A DNA stretch of 64,000 bases from an uncultured Anaerovorax sp. (GCA_963521065.1 CAUQTI010000015.1:2095-66094), one strand, 5' to 3'. Shown: positions 28,026 to 38,148, counted from the first letter of the stretch. Made by a program: numbers and translations. Notes: generated from the letters alone by a model not told the origin.

Positions 28026-28067
28026 AATAGAAGCGATAAAAATCAGATTTGGAAGGAAATTTCTCTG

Positions 28068-29549
28068 ATGTTATTTAACTCATTTAGCTTTTTACTTTTT
28101 TTCCCGCTTGTGACGGGAATCTATTACTTGATACCACATCGACTTCGTTACTTGTGGCTGCTTTTTGCAAGCTACTATTTTTATATGTGCTGGAATCCCA
28201 AATATGCCTTGCTTATGGCGACTTCAACAGGAATTACTTACGCCAGCGGAATTTTGATTGCGAGAGCAGATAAGAGAAAGAAACTGTCGGAAAAGCGTCT
28301 TTGGGTTAGTATAAGTTTTCTTTCCAATCTCAGCATATTATTTTTCTTCAAATATTTTGATTTTGCAATTGAGAATTTAAATCTCATTTTTATGAAGCTG
28401 GGGGTCTCCCTCCTTCAACCGGAATTTGATGTAATCTTGCCGGTTGGAATTTCTTTCTATACCTTTCAAGCGTTAAGCTATACGATGGATGTTTATAGAG
28501 GGGATATTTATGTGGAGCGCAATCTGTTGAAATACGCACTCTTTGTTTCTTTTTTTCCACAGCTCGTTGCGGGGCCCATTGAACGCTCGAAGAACCTGTT
28601 GGTGCAGATTAACGAACGCCATTTTTTTGAGTATGAGAGGGCAAAATCCGGACTTTTGCTGATGCTTTGGGGACTGTTTTTAAAGCTGGTGATTGCAGAC
28701 CGTGCCGCGATCTTAGTCAATCAGGTCTATGGGCAGTACACATATTATTTGGGGCTTCAGGTTGTTGTGGCAACGCTCCTTTTTGGGATACAGATTTATT
28801 GCGATTTCAGCTCCTATTCTCTCATTGCAAAGGGTGCGGCTGAAGTAATGGGATTTCGTTTAATGGATAATTTCAGACAACCCTATTTTTCGCGCAGCAT
28901 ACAGGAATTTTGGCAGCGGTGGCATATTTCATTAAGCACCTGGTTTCGAGATTATCTATATATTCCGCTCGGCGGAAACAAAAAGGGGAAATTCCGAAAG
29001 TATATAAACATAATGATTGTATTTTTAGTGAGCGGTCTTTGGCACGGAGCAAACTGGACCTTTGTCATGTGGGGATTTCTTCACGGCGCATTTCAAATTG
29101 TTGGGCAGCTGCTTCGACCTTTAAAGAACACATTGACTGATTTTTTGGGAATCAACCGGAAGAATTTCAGCTATCAATTAGGACAAGGTATCCTTACCTT
29201 TTTTCTTGTAAACTTTGCATGGATTTTCTTTCGTGCTTCTCGCATGGAGGATGCGTTTGGCGTAATTCATCAGATGTTTCTCAAGTGGAATCCGATTGTT
29301 TTTGTGGATGGAACGTTATGGAAGCTTGGTCTAAATCAGCAAAACTTCCTCTTGCTTCTCGCTGCGATTTTTGTGATGGGATGCATGAGTATTGCAGAAT
29401 ACTGCGGCTTGGATTGGCGAAAAAAGACATTGGAGCAGGGATTTTTATTTCGCTGGAGTGTATACCTGCTTCTCATTTTTTCGATTGTTATTTTCGGGAT
29501 TTACGGACCGGGCTACAGCGAAAGCCAGTTTATTTATTTTCAATTTTAA
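28068..29549 (+). CDS. MBOAT family O-acyltransferase (AlgI/DltB-like), second copy
   Basis: LPVGISFYTFQ, FFPQLVAGPIER, FWQRWHISLSTWFRDYLYIPLGGN, SGLWHGANW, ends FIYFQF. Confidence 0.93.
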   Translation: MLFNSFSFLLFFPLVTGIYYLIPHRLRYLWLLFASYYFYMCWNPKYALLMATSTGITYASGILIARADKRKKLSEKRLWVSISFLSNLSILFFFKYFDFAIENLNLIFMKLGVSLLQPEFDVILPVGISFYTFQALSYTMDVYRGDIYVERNLLKYALFVSFFPQLVAGPIERSKNLLVQINERHFFEYERAKSGLLLMLWGLFLKLVIADRAAILVNQVYGQYTYYLGLQVVVATLLFGIQIYCDFSSYSLIAKGAAEVMGFRLMDNFRQPYFSRSIQEFWQRWHISLSTWFRDYLYIPLGGNKKGKFRKYINIMIVFLVSGLWHGANWTFVMWGFLHGAFQIVGQLLRPLKNTLTDFLGINRKNFSYQLGQGILTFFLVNFAWIFFRASRMEDAFGVIHQMFLKWNPIVFVDGTLWKLGLNQQNFLLLLAAIFVMGCMSIAEYCGLDWRKKTLEQGFLFRWSVYLLLIFSIVIFGIYGPGYSESQFIYFQF

Positions 29550-29567
29550 ACGGAATTGGGGACCAAA

Positions 29568-30524
29568 ATGAAGCAAAATTTTAAAATGATAGCGAGAATG
29601 ATTCGAATCCTCTGCTTTCTTCTGATTTTAACACTTTTATTTACACAAGCCAGTGCCGTTTTAGCGCGTAAAAGCTTAACGAAGCCGTGGGATATGTCTG
29701 TAAAAATCGGTGGATTTTATAATGAACCGAAAAATAGCTTTGATGTGATGTACTTTGGATCAAGCCACATGTATTGCTCCATAGATCCGGCTCTCGTAGA
29801 GAAAGAAACGGGACTGCGCTCTTATATCTTAGCGACACAGGAGCAGCCGGTCTGGGTGAGCTACTACTATATGAAAGAGGCACTCAAGACACAAAAACCG
29901 AAAATAATGGTACTGGAAATCAATATGATGACAGAAGAAAAAGAATTCCCGAAGGAGGGAACGCTGTATTCCGCGATGGACCCCATTCCTTTGTCAAAAA
30001 ATAAGATGGATATGGTTTTTGCGTCAGTTCCACAAGGAGAAAGAAGAAATTATATTTTTAATATTATGAAATATCACGACAGATGGGAAGAAGTCAGCCT
30101 TGAGGACTATAAAAGAACCTATGTGAAGAAGCGAGACCCGTACCATGGATATGTGAAATTAGAAACGGTCACTCCGATTGAAGGGCGTGCGGATGTTTCT
30201 TCTATTGCAGAGATGAGAGCGCCTCTACCAAAAACAATGGAGTATCTGGAAAAAATTTATGAATTGGCAAAAAAAGAAAAAATTACTCTTGTGTTCTTAA
30301 AAACCCCTTCTAACGCGACAGTAAAAGAACAGCGTTTTTACAATGCCGCATGGCAATTTGCAAGGGAAAGAGGGATTTTCTATGTGGATTATAATCAAAA
30401 ATATGAAGAGCTGGATTTAAATCTGGATGAAGACTTTTATGACCGCCGCCACTTGAATTTCAGAGGAGCAGAGAAGCTAACGCCAAACTTTGCGGCTCTG
30501 CTTTTACAGCAGACGGCCATTTAG
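29568..30524 (+). CDS. Membrane-anchored SGNH-like partner of the MBOAT (second copy)
   Basis: N-terminal TM, YFGSSH, YHDRW, DRRHLNFRGA (DxxHLNxxGA). Confidence 0.72.
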   Translation: MKQNFKMIARMIRILCFLLILTLLFTQASAVLARKSLTKPWDMSVKIGGFYNEPKNSFDVMYFGSSHMYCSIDPALVEKETGLRSYILATQEQPVWVSYYYMKEALKTQKPKIMVLEINMMTEEKEFPKEGTLYSAMDPIPLSKNKMDMVFASVPQGERRNYIFNIMKYHDRWEEVSLEDYKRTYVKKRDPYHGYVKLETVTPIEGRADVSSIAEMRAPLPKTMEYLEKIYELAKKEKITLVFLKTPSNATVKEQRFYNAAWQFARERGIFYVDYNQKYEELDLNLDEDFYDRRHLNFRGAEKLTPNFAALLLQQTAI

Positions 30525-30553
30525 TTGCAAAACGACGTAGATTGGCGTAGAAT
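30525..30553 (+). promoter_or_regulatory. Putative sigma-A promoter for capD-like gene and pgi
   Basis: TTGCAA-N17-TAGAAT immediately after the previous stop codon. Confidence 0.5.
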
Positions 30554-30568
30554 AAGACATATGAAACT

Positions 30569-32605
30569 ATGAAATCAGAGGAAAAAAGAATGGTAAAATA
30601 CTCGAGAATCCTGTTTCTCGTATTAGCAGATGCATTTTGTATTAATTTAGCATATATAATCGCTTTTTTGTTGCGCTTTGAATTTAGTGTAAGCAGTGAT
30701 GTTTTTGAAGGATACCTCGCGGTATATGCAAGCAATTTTATTTGGCTGACTGTGTTAAAATTATTGATTTTATGGCTTTTTGGCCTTTACAGCAGCCTTT
30801 GGAAATATGCGGGAGCGGAAGAGCTGTCGAAGGTTGCGATGGCCTCTATCTTTGCAGCCTTGGCAGCCATTGCGTATTTGGAATTTGTGCAGCAGTTTTT
30901 TCCGCGCAGCGTGTATGTCATCAGCTGCAACTTAGATATCCTTTTTTTGGCAGGGATACGTCTTCTCTACCGCTCTGTGAGGAATTTTCGCACCCCGGAT
31001 GCATTTAATACCTATTGGGATTGGAATAAGGTTAGCATCATAGAAAAAATTACCGGAAAGACTGCCGGACTTAACAAAGTGATGGTCGTGGGCGGGGGAA
31101 GCGCCGGAGCTAATATTATACGGGAAATGCGCAACCATCCCGAGTATAACAAGAAGGTCGTGGTTGTGATTGATGATGATCCGGAGAAGAGAAATAAACG
31201 CATTGCAGGCGTTAAAATCGCCGGAACACGCAAGGATATTAAAAGAATGGTCTGGAAGTACGGCGTGGATGAAATCATTATAGCGATTCCTTCCGCGGCA
31301 CAAAAGGATATTCAGGAAATCGTGGAGCAATGCAATAAGACGCGTTGCAATATGAAGATTCTTCCTTCACTGCTTGACTTAATTAATGAAAAAGTAAGCA
31401 TCAGTAAGCTGCGGGATGTAGACATTGAAGATTTGCTCGGCAGAGAGGCTGTTCAGGTCAACTTGAAAGAAATCAGCAGATATTTGGAAGGAAAGATCGT
31501 CCTTGTCACCGGAGCAGGCGGCTCGATTGGCTCAGAACTTTGCCGTCAGATAGCAACCTTTCGTCCGAGGCGGCTCGTGGCATTGGATATCTATGAAAAT
31601 ACGATTTTTGAATTGGCAAACGAAATAAAAAAGGTAAATCCATACCTTGAATTTGATATTGTGATTTGTTCCGTGAGAGATCCGCTGCGTTTGGAAGAAG
31701 TTTTTGAGAAATATAAGCCGCATGTGGTATTTCATGCAGCAGCACACAAGCATGTTCCTCTCATGGAGGAAAATCCAAAGGAAGCAATTGTAAATAATAT
31801 ATTGGGGACAAAGAATATTGTGGATTTGTCAGACAAGTATGCGGTTGAAAAGTTTGTGTTAATTTCTACGGACAAGGCAGTGAACCCAACGAATGTAATG
31901 GGAGCCACAAAGCGTGTGGCAGAGATGATTATACAAGATAAGGGCTTGAAATCCCGTACCTGCTTTTCTGCAGTACGGTTTGGAAATGTCCTCGGGAGCA
32001 ACGGAAGCGTAATTCCGGTGTTTAGAAAACAGATTGCACAGGGAGGACCGGTTACTGTAACCCATCCTGAGATCACACGTTATTTTATGACGATACCCGA
32101 AGCGGTACAGCTTGTAATCCAAGCAGGAGCTATGGCAGAGGGAAGTGAAATTTTTATTTTGGACATGGGAAAACCAATTCGGATTTTGGAACTGGCGGAG
32201 AACGTTATTCGCTTATCCGGATACATTCCTTACGTTGACATTGATATCAGCATCGTCGGTTTAAGACCAGGCGAGAAGCTGTTTGAAGAGCTTTTGCTGA
32301 AAGAAGAGGACATTCAGAAAACGTCGCACAATAAAATTTATGTAGCGCACTATATCTCACCGTCTCCTCTGATTGAGGAACTTCTAAACAAAGGAGAGGA
32401 TGAGCTTGCGCGTGAAGCGGAACGAATATTGATGAAAAATAAGGAAGAAGTAAAAGTTTGGCTGAGCAAACTTGTTCCTAATTACATAACTCAAACAGGA
32501 AAAAGAGTGCGAAAAGAACCGACCCTTCTTCACAGCCGAGAAGAGGGAAGTTTGTCAGATGAGGAGAGTGAAATGGATGCGCAGGGAAGAAATGCTGTCA
32601 GTTGA
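30569..32605 (+). CDS. Membrane-bound UDP-sugar 4,6-dehydratase (CapD/WbpM/PglF family)
   Basis: Four N-terminal TM helices, VGGGSAG, IEDLLGRE, VTGAGGSIGSELCRQ, HAAAHKHVPLME, ISTDKAVNPTNVMGATKR, VRFGNVLGSNGSV, GLRPGEKLFEEL. Confidence 0.92.
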   Translation: MKSEEKRMVKYSRILFLVLADAFCINLAYIIAFLLRFEFSVSSDVFEGYLAVYASNFIWLTVLKLLILWLFGLYSSLWKYAGAEELSKVAMASIFAALAAIAYLEFVQQFFPRSVYVISCNLDILFLAGIRLLYRSVRNFRTPDAFNTYWDWNKVSIIEKITGKTAGLNKVMVVGGGSAGANIIREMRNHPEYNKKVVVVIDDDPEKRNKRIAGVKIAGTRKDIKRMVWKYGVDEIIIAIPSAAQKDIQEIVEQCNKTRCNMKILPSLLDLINEKVSISKLRDVDIEDLLGREAVQVNLKEISRYLEGKIVLVTGAGGSIGSELCRQIATFRPRRLVALDIYENTIFELANEIKKVNPYLEFDIVICSVRDPLRLEEVFEKYKPHVVFHAAAHKHVPLMEENPKEAIVNNILGTKNIVDLSDKYAVEKFVLISTDKAVNPTNVMGATKRVAEMIIQDKGLKSRTCFSAVRFGNVLGSNGSVIPVFRKQIAQGGPVTVTHPEITRYFMTIPEAVQLVIQAGAMAEGSEIFILDMGKPIRILELAENVIRLSGYIPYVDIDISIVGLRPGEKLFEELLLKEEDIQKTSHNKIYVAHYISPSPLIEELLNKGEDELAREAERILMKNKEEVKVWLSKLVPNYITQTGKRVRKEPTLLHSREEGSLSDEESEMDAQGRNAVS

Positions 32606-33848
32606 TGTTTCAGAGGCAGTAAAGACAGCTGCTTTGAAAGAATACGAAGCCGTATTAAAAAAGAGCTGGGAAAAGCTGCAAAACGGGACAGAACCCTTTA
32701 CCGGATGGGTTGGCTTGCCTTTTCATTACGAAAAAGAAGAGCTGAAAGCCATACAAAAAACGGCCAAGCGGATACAGCAGCAATGCCAAGCATTTGTTGT
32801 CATCGGGATTGGAGGCTCCTATTTGGGAGCAAGAGCCGCAATTGAGCTTTTGGCTTACCCTACGGAGAAAAAAAGAATGGCGGAAGGAGTGCCAAAAGTA
32901 TATTTTGCAGGAAATAACTTGAGCGGCACCTATCATCGTGAACTTTTGGAGGAATTGGAAGACAAGGAAGTCTGTGTTTGTATCATTTCAAAATCAGGGA
33001 CTACAACCGAACCGAGCGTAGCATTTGCCTTGCTCAAAGAGTTTTTAACAAAGAAATACGGGGAAGCCGGTTGCCGTGAGCGCATCTATGCTATTACAGA
33101 TCGCAGCAAAGGGGTATTACGTCAGGAGGCGGAGGCGAAAGGCTATCCGAGTTTTGTTGTACCGGAAAACATCGGTGGAAGATATTCTGTTTTGAGCGCA
33201 GTAGGCCTTTTGCCGATTGCAGTCGCCGGTATTGATGTTCTTGAAATACTGGAAGGGGCATACGATATCGCCGCCGTTTTAACACAAAGTACAACAGGAG
33301 GCAGTGCAGGCGAGCTCGCCGCAATGCGAAATGACTTATATCGTCAGGGAAAAGCGATTGAAGTATTTGAATATTATGAACCTAAGCTGCAATTTTTCAC
33401 AGAGTGGCTGAAACAACTCTTTGGAGAAAGTGAGGGGAAAGAAGGAAAGGGAATTTTTCCTGCAGCACTGCAGTTTAGTGCAGACCTGCATTCAATGGGT
33501 CAATTTTTACAGCAGGGCAGTCAAATTTTCTTTGAAACTATACTCCATGTAGAAGAACCGAAAAAAGATATGACTGTACCAGAAAGCGCCGGAGAATTTT
33601 TTGCCGGACGCAGTTTAAATTCTATTAACTATGCCGCATTGACCGGAGTAATGAAAGCACATCAAAAGGAAGGGATTCCCATGATTAAGGTTGACATTCC
33701 TGCTCTGAACGCCTATCATTTTGGTCAGATGGTGTATTTTTTTGAGACCGCCTGCGCCTTAAGCGGCTGCTTGCTTGGGGTTAACCCATTCGACCAGCCG
33801 GGGGTGGAAAGCTACAAGTTAGAGATGCGCGAAGCGCTCACTAAATAA
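32592..33848 (+). CDS. pgi: Glucose-6-phosphate isomerase
   Basis: VIGIGGSYLGA, ISKSGTTTEP, GGRYSVLSAVGL, WLKQLFGESEGK, DLHSMGQ, NPFDQPGVESYK. Likely start is the ATG at 32592. Confidence 0.95.
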   Translation: MLSVDVSEAVKTAALKEYEAVLKKSWEKLQNGTEPFTGWVGLPFHYEKEELKAIQKTAKRIQQQCQAFVVIGIGGSYLGARAAIELLAYPTEKKRMAEGVPKVYFAGNNLSGTYHRELLEELEDKEVCVCIISKSGTTTEPSVAFALLKEFLTKKYGEAGCRERIYAITDRSKGVLRQEAEAKGYPSFVVPENIGGRYSVLSAVGLLPIAVAGIDVLEILEGAYDIAAVLTQSTTGGSAGELAAMRNDLYRQGKAIEVFEYYEPKLQFFTEWLKQLFGESEGKEGKGIFPAALQFSADLHSMGQFLQQGSQIFFETILHVEEPKKDMTVPESAGEFFAGRSLNSINYAALTGVMKAHQKEGIPMIKVDIPALNAYHFGQMVYFFETACALSGCLLGVNPFDQPGVESYKLEMREALTK

Positions 33849-33931
33849 ATGAAAACGATCTTTGCATGAAGATCAAGAACCCACAATTTAACGTTAGTAA
33901 AATAACGATTAAACAAATGGAGGAAAAAGAA

Positions 33932-34705
33932 ATGAGTGTAGTGGTAACAGAAAAAAAAGACAAGGTTGCAATCATTAAGATCAACCGGCCAGAGGCGATG
34001 AATTCACTGAATGGAGATGTGCTTCAGGCAATCTCTGATGCGGTGGACGCGGCTGCTTCTGATGCAGAGGTAGAAGTGCTTCTCTTTACAGGAGAAGGAA
34101 AGGCCTTTGTTGCCGGAGCCGATATTGCGGCGATGAGTGTAATGGATGAAAAAGCAGGAAATGAGTTCGGAGCATTTGGCTCTGCCGTATTTCGCAAGAT
34201 TGAGACGCTCGAAAAACCATCCATTGCAGCAGTTAACGGCTTTGCTCTAGGTGGTGGATGTGAGCTTGCAATGAGCTGTGATATGCGTATTGCGAGTGAA
34301 AAAGCAAAGTTTGGACAGCCGGAAGTAGGTCTTGGAATTACACCGGGCTATGCAGGTACACAGAGGCTTCCAAGGATTGTCGGAAAAGCAAAGGCAATGG
34401 AACTGATTTTGACGGGCGATATTATTACGGCATCGCAGGCAGCCGAAATTGGGCTTGTAAACAAAGTGGTCGCACCGGAAAGCTTAATGGACGAAGCGAT
34501 GGGCCTTGCTGCGAAGATTACAAAGAACGCACCTTTTGCTGTGCATGCTTCTAAGAAAGCGATTCAAGCAGGCGTTGAGCTTCCTATGACAGAGGCAATT
34601 GCACTTGAAACAGAGCTTTTCGGACAGTGTTTTGCCACAGAAGACCAAAAAGAAGGAATGAACGCATTTTTGGAGAAGAGAAAAGCAGAATTTAAAGGGA
34701 AATAA
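33932..34705 (+). CDS. crt: Short-chain enoyl-CoA hydratase (crotonase)
   Basis: INRPEAMNSL, AFVAGADI, AVNGFALGGGCELAMSCD, FGQPEVGLGITPG..GTQRLPR, EDQKEGM.AF.EKR. ATG at 33932 follows GGAGG. Confidence 0.92.
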   Translation: MSVVVTEKKDKVAIIKINRPEAMNSLNGDVLQAISDAVDAAASDAEVEVLLFTGEGKAFVAGADIAAMSVMDEKAGNEFGAFGSAVFRKIETLEKPSIAAVNGFALGGGCELAMSCDMRIASEKAKFGQPEVGLGITPGYAGTQRLPRIVGKAKAMELILTGDIITASQAAEIGLVNKVVAPESLMDEAMGLAAKITKNAPFAVHASKKAIQAGVELPMTEAIALETELFGQCFATEDQKEGMNAFLEKRKAEFKGK

Positions 34706-34786
34706 GAAAAATTCGTTATTTTTAACGGAAATATCTTTTCACTATTGCAATTTATGCGGTTATGGATTACTCTTATAGTAGAAGCC

Positions 34787-34804
34787 TTGTTAAAAATGTA
34801 ACAA
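34787..34804. promoter_or_regulatory. Rex (redox-sensing repressor) operator upstream of hbd
   Basis: TTGTTAAAAATGTAACAA has one mismatch to clostridial TTGTTAANNNNTTAACAA; it lies just downstream of a candidate TTGCAA-N17-TACTCT promoter starting at 34745. Confidence 0.7.
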
Positions 34805-34864
34805 ACAAATACATAGTCAAACGAGAATGGGTGTAGGACCCAACCGAAAATGGAGGAGTTTAAC

Positions 34865-35713
34865 ATGAAAAAGATTGGTGTATTAGGAACAGGCACAATG
34901 GGTGCAGGAATCATTCAGGTATTGGCTCAAAACGGTTATGAAGTTGTTCTCAGAGCAAGAAGACAGACTTCCGTTGACAAAGGACTTGCAACTGTAACGA
35001 AAAACTTAGAGAAAATGGTTGCAAAAGAAAAAATTACAGCCGCAGATAAAGATGAGATTTTAGCAAGAGTTCATGGCTCAACTGAGATTTCGATTGTAGC
35101 TGACGCAGATTTGATTATCGAAGCAGCAACAGAAGATATGGAGGCTAAAAAAGCTTTATTTAAAGAATTAGATGAACTTTGCAAGCCGGGTACCATATTA
35201 GCAACCAATACATCCTCCCTTTCTATCACTGAAATTGCTTCTGCAACAAACAGACCGGACAAAATTATCGGGATGCATTTCTTCAATCCGGTACCTGCGA
35301 TGAAGTTAGTGGAAATCATTAAAGGTCTTGCGACTTCCGAAGAGACAAAATCGACAATTTTAGAGCTTTCTGAAAAATTAGGAAAGACTCCGGTAGAAGT
35401 AGAAGAAGCTCCTGGATTTGTTGTAAATAGAGTCTTGATTCCTATGATTAACGAAGCAGTTGGTATCTTAGCTGACGGCGTGGCAAAGGCAGAAGACATT
35501 GATACTGCAATGAAGCTTGGTGCAAACCACCCTATGGGCCCTCTTGCTTTAGGAGACTTGATTGGTCTGGATGTTTGCTTGGCAATCATGGATGTTCTTT
35601 ACAGCGAATATGGCGATCCAAAATACAGAGCACACGTTCTTCTTAAGAAGATGGTTCGTGCAGGAAAGCTTGGGAGAAAGAGCGGCGTAGGCTTCTTCGA
35701 CTACAGCAAGTAA
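34865..35713 (+). CDS. hbd: 3-hydroxybutyryl-CoA dehydrogenase
   Basis: [69 protein letters not shown]. Confidence 0.95.
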   Translation: MKKIGVLGTGTMGAGIIQVLAQNGYEVVLRARRQTSVDKGLATVTKNLEKMVAKEKITAADKDEILARVHGSTEISIVADADLIIEAATEDMEAKKALFKELDELCKPGTILATNTSSLSITEIASATNRPDKIIGMHFFNPVPAMKLVEIIKGLATSEETKSTILELSEKLGKTPVEVEEAPGFVVNRVLIPMINEAVGILADGVAKAEDIDTAMKLGANHPMGPLALGDLIGLDVCLAIMDVLYSEYGDPKYRAHVLLKKMVRAGKLGRKSGVGFFDYSK

Positions 35714-35749
35714 GAAGAAAAAATTGAACGGATTTTATTAGAAAATGTT

Positions 35750-35787
35750 AAGCCCTTTTACATTCCTTGTAAAGGGGCTTTTTATTT
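35750..35787 (+). terminator. Intrinsic terminator after hbd
   Basis: AAGCCCTTTTACA-loop-TGTAAAGGGGCTT followed by a T-rich tract. Confidence 0.8.
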
Positions 35788-35932
35788 AGAAAATGTCATT
35801 TTCTTTGCTTGAAAGACAGAAAATTATTTTTTTCTTGCATTTTTGCCAAATCAGTGTAAAATATTACGGTGTATAACGAAAAATATGTGATAAAACATGA
35901 AAAGATAAAAAGGGAATAAGAGAGTTAATGAT

Positions 35933-36937
35933 ATGAAAGTATTTTTTAAGCAATTTATAATCGCATTTGTAGTCTTTACAGTGATTATGATGCCAGTGCA
36001 ATTTATGCTGAACCGCGTCAGTGAGGTCCGCATTTTTTCAGGGGAAGAAAACCTTATGGATGACATGCAGGTTTTAATTGATCCAAACAGTCCATTTTTT
36101 GAAGCCTTTCAAAATAGCCAGAGAGTCAATGTTTTGGTTCTTGGAGTAAACGACGGAATGACGGATACGATTATGCTCGGAAGCTACGATATGAAAAGCC
36201 AGCATGTGGACGTGATTTCTGTACCAAGAGATACCTACTATCCGAGAAAAGGCGTAACAAGTCCAGCTGCAAAGAAAATTAATTCCATTTATCACAGCAG
36301 CAAGGACGGCGGTGCGGTCGGAACTGCAACAGCTGTCAGCAATGTACTTTTGGGGATGCCGATTCATTACTATGCAGTGATTGATTATAAGGGTGTAGGA
36401 AACATTGTGGAGGCATTGGGCGGCGTACCGATGAATATCCCGTTTCATATGAAATATTATGATCCATATGACAAACCTCCTTTGCGGATTGATATTCCAG
36501 AGGGCGAGCAGGTGCTAACCAAGGATACCGCGATTCAGTTCCTGCGTTTTCGTCATGCAAACGCTGGATCCGGTTATAAGAGCTACCCTGAGGGAGACAT
36601 CGGACGAATTAAGGCACAGCAGGAATTTATGCAGTCCGCTTTTCGTCAGGCACTTGGCTTTAATCTGCCGAATGTCGCCAAAACGGTAATTCAAAATGTA
36701 GATTCTGATCTTGATATAGGGATTGCTGTTAAAATTGCAACCAAAGCAATGGGATTATCGAAAGAGAATATTCAGACCTATTTGACACCGGGTGTGCCTG
36801 AAACGCGTAATGGAGCTTCCTACTGGATTGCTGATGATGAAAAAGTAAAAGAAATGGTTGAAGAAATTTATTCCATTAGTGATGAAACAGCAGGCGAAGG
36901 GGAGCAAAATACAGAAAATGCGGAAAAAGAAGAGTAA
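35933..36937 (+). CDS. LCP (LytR-CpsA-Psr) family glycopolymer-peptidoglycan ligase, paralog 1
   Basis: N-terminal TM, VNVLVLG, TDTIML, ISVPRDT, KINS, QFLRFRH, GDIGRIKAQQEF. Confidence 0.9.
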   Translation: MKVFFKQFIIAFVVFTVIMMPVQFMLNRVSEVRIFSGEENLMDDMQVLIDPNSPFFEAFQNSQRVNVLVLGVNDGMTDTIMLGSYDMKSQHVDVISVPRDTYYPRKGVTSPAAKKINSIYHSSKDGGAVGTATAVSNVLLGMPIHYYAVIDYKGVGNIVEALGGVPMNIPFHMKYYDPYDKPPLRIDIPEGEQVLTKDTAIQFLRFRHANAGSGYKSYPEGDIGRIKAQQEFMQSAFRQALGFNLPNVAKTVIQNVDSDLDIGIAVKIATKAMGLSKENIQTYLTPGVPETRNGASYWIADDEKVKEMVEEIYSISDETAGEGEQNTENAEKEE

Positions 36938-36951
36938 TATCAGAAAAAAAT

Positions 36952-36985
36952 ATAGGGAATCTTAGATTCCCTATTTCTTTTTTTT
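36952..36985 (+). terminator. Intrinsic terminator after LCP paralog 1
   Basis: ATAGGGAATC-TTA-GATTCCCTAT followed by a T tract. Confidence 0.75.
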
Positions 36986-37038
36986 GAAAAAAGGGATAAA
37001 ATAATTACGATTACTTATTTCATGAAATAGAAAGGGAG

Positions 37039-38091
37039 ATGACATTGGGGAAGGGAAGTCTGAAAAGGGGAACAGGCACAAAGCAGTTTATAAAGATATT
37101 TTTTATTGCACTTATCATGTTCATCGCAATTGGAGTACCGTTTCATTGGACTTTTCGCTCTGTCGCGAAGGCACCAGTTTTTGGTACACCGGAATCGAAT
37201 TTAATGGATGAAATGTCTCCGCTGTATAACGCAAACAGTCCTTTTTTTGAAGCGTTTGAGGACAAGCAGCGTGTCAATGTATTGCTTCTTGGTGTAAATA
37301 CAGGCTTGACGGATACGATTATGCTCGCAAGCTTTGATATGGAGGCAAAGCATGTTGATTTGATTTCCATTCCACGCGACACTTACTATAAACGGCCCGG
37401 CTATGACTTTCCGGGACAGATGAAAATCAATGCCGCCTATCAGAAAGAGCCGATCAATACAGCACGGGCAGTGAGTGATATTTTACTGGGAATGCCCGTT
37501 CACTACTATGTTGTCATCACCTATGATGGCGTTGCGAACATCGTAGATGCGATGGGTGGTGTGCCTATGGATATCCCGTTTACGATGAAGTATAACGATC
37601 CATATGATAAGCCGCCGCTTAAGATTTATATACCGAAAGGGCAGCAGCTTTTGGACGGGGAGCATGCGGTGCAGTTTCTGCGCTTTCGTCATGCAAACAG
37701 GGGATCAGGATATAAAAGCTATCCAGAAGGTGACCTTGGCCGTGTCAAGGCACAGCAGGAGTTTATGAAATCTGCGTTTAAGCAGATGATGGGATTCGAG
37801 CTCCCTAAAATCGTAAAAGAAATTTTTAATAATGTAGATTCAGACATTACCTTGGGGATGTCACTGAAGATTGCGCAAAAGGCGCTGGGGATGTCACCGG
37901 ATAGCATTGAAACGTATATGATTCCGAATAAGCCGGATCCGGACCCACCTTATTATGTATATCCACAGTCCGAAGAAATTGGAAAGATGCTCACTGAAAT
38001 TTATTCAATTGAAGCACCGGAAGACTCCGGAACAGAGTCTGATGGCGAGAGCAAAGACGGCAAAAAGGTGTTAGACAGCGGTGGACTGTAA
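37039..38091 (+). CDS. LCP family protein, paralog 2
   Basis: VNVLLLG, TDTIML, ISIPRDT, KINAAY, QFLRFRH, GDLGRVKAQQEF. Confidence 0.9.
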   Translation: MTLGKGSLKRGTGTKQFIKIFFIALIMFIAIGVPFHWTFRSVAKAPVFGTPESNLMDEMSPLYNANSPFFEAFEDKQRVNVLLLGVNTGLTDTIMLASFDMEAKHVDLISIPRDTYYKRPGYDFPGQMKINAAYQKEPINTARAVSDILLGMPVHYYVVITYDGVANIVDAMGGVPMDIPFTMKYNDPYDKPPLKIYIPKGQQLLDGEHAVQFLRFRHANRGSGYKSYPEGDLGRVKAQQEFMKSAFKQMMGFELPKIVKEIFNNVDSDITLGMSLKIAQKALGMSPDSIETYMIPNKPDPDPPYYVYPQSEEIGKMLTEIYSIEAPEDSGTESDGESKDGKKVLDSGGL

Positions 38092-38114
38092 CAAAAACGA
38101 TTTGTTTTCTATCC

Positions 38115-38148
38115 GTGCCAAATGGGAAAATCCGTTTGGCACTTCTTT
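38115..38148 (+). terminator. Hairpin, putative terminator after LCP paralog 2
   Basis: GTGCCAAATGG-loop-CCGTTTGGCAC followed by TTCTTT. Confidence 0.6.
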
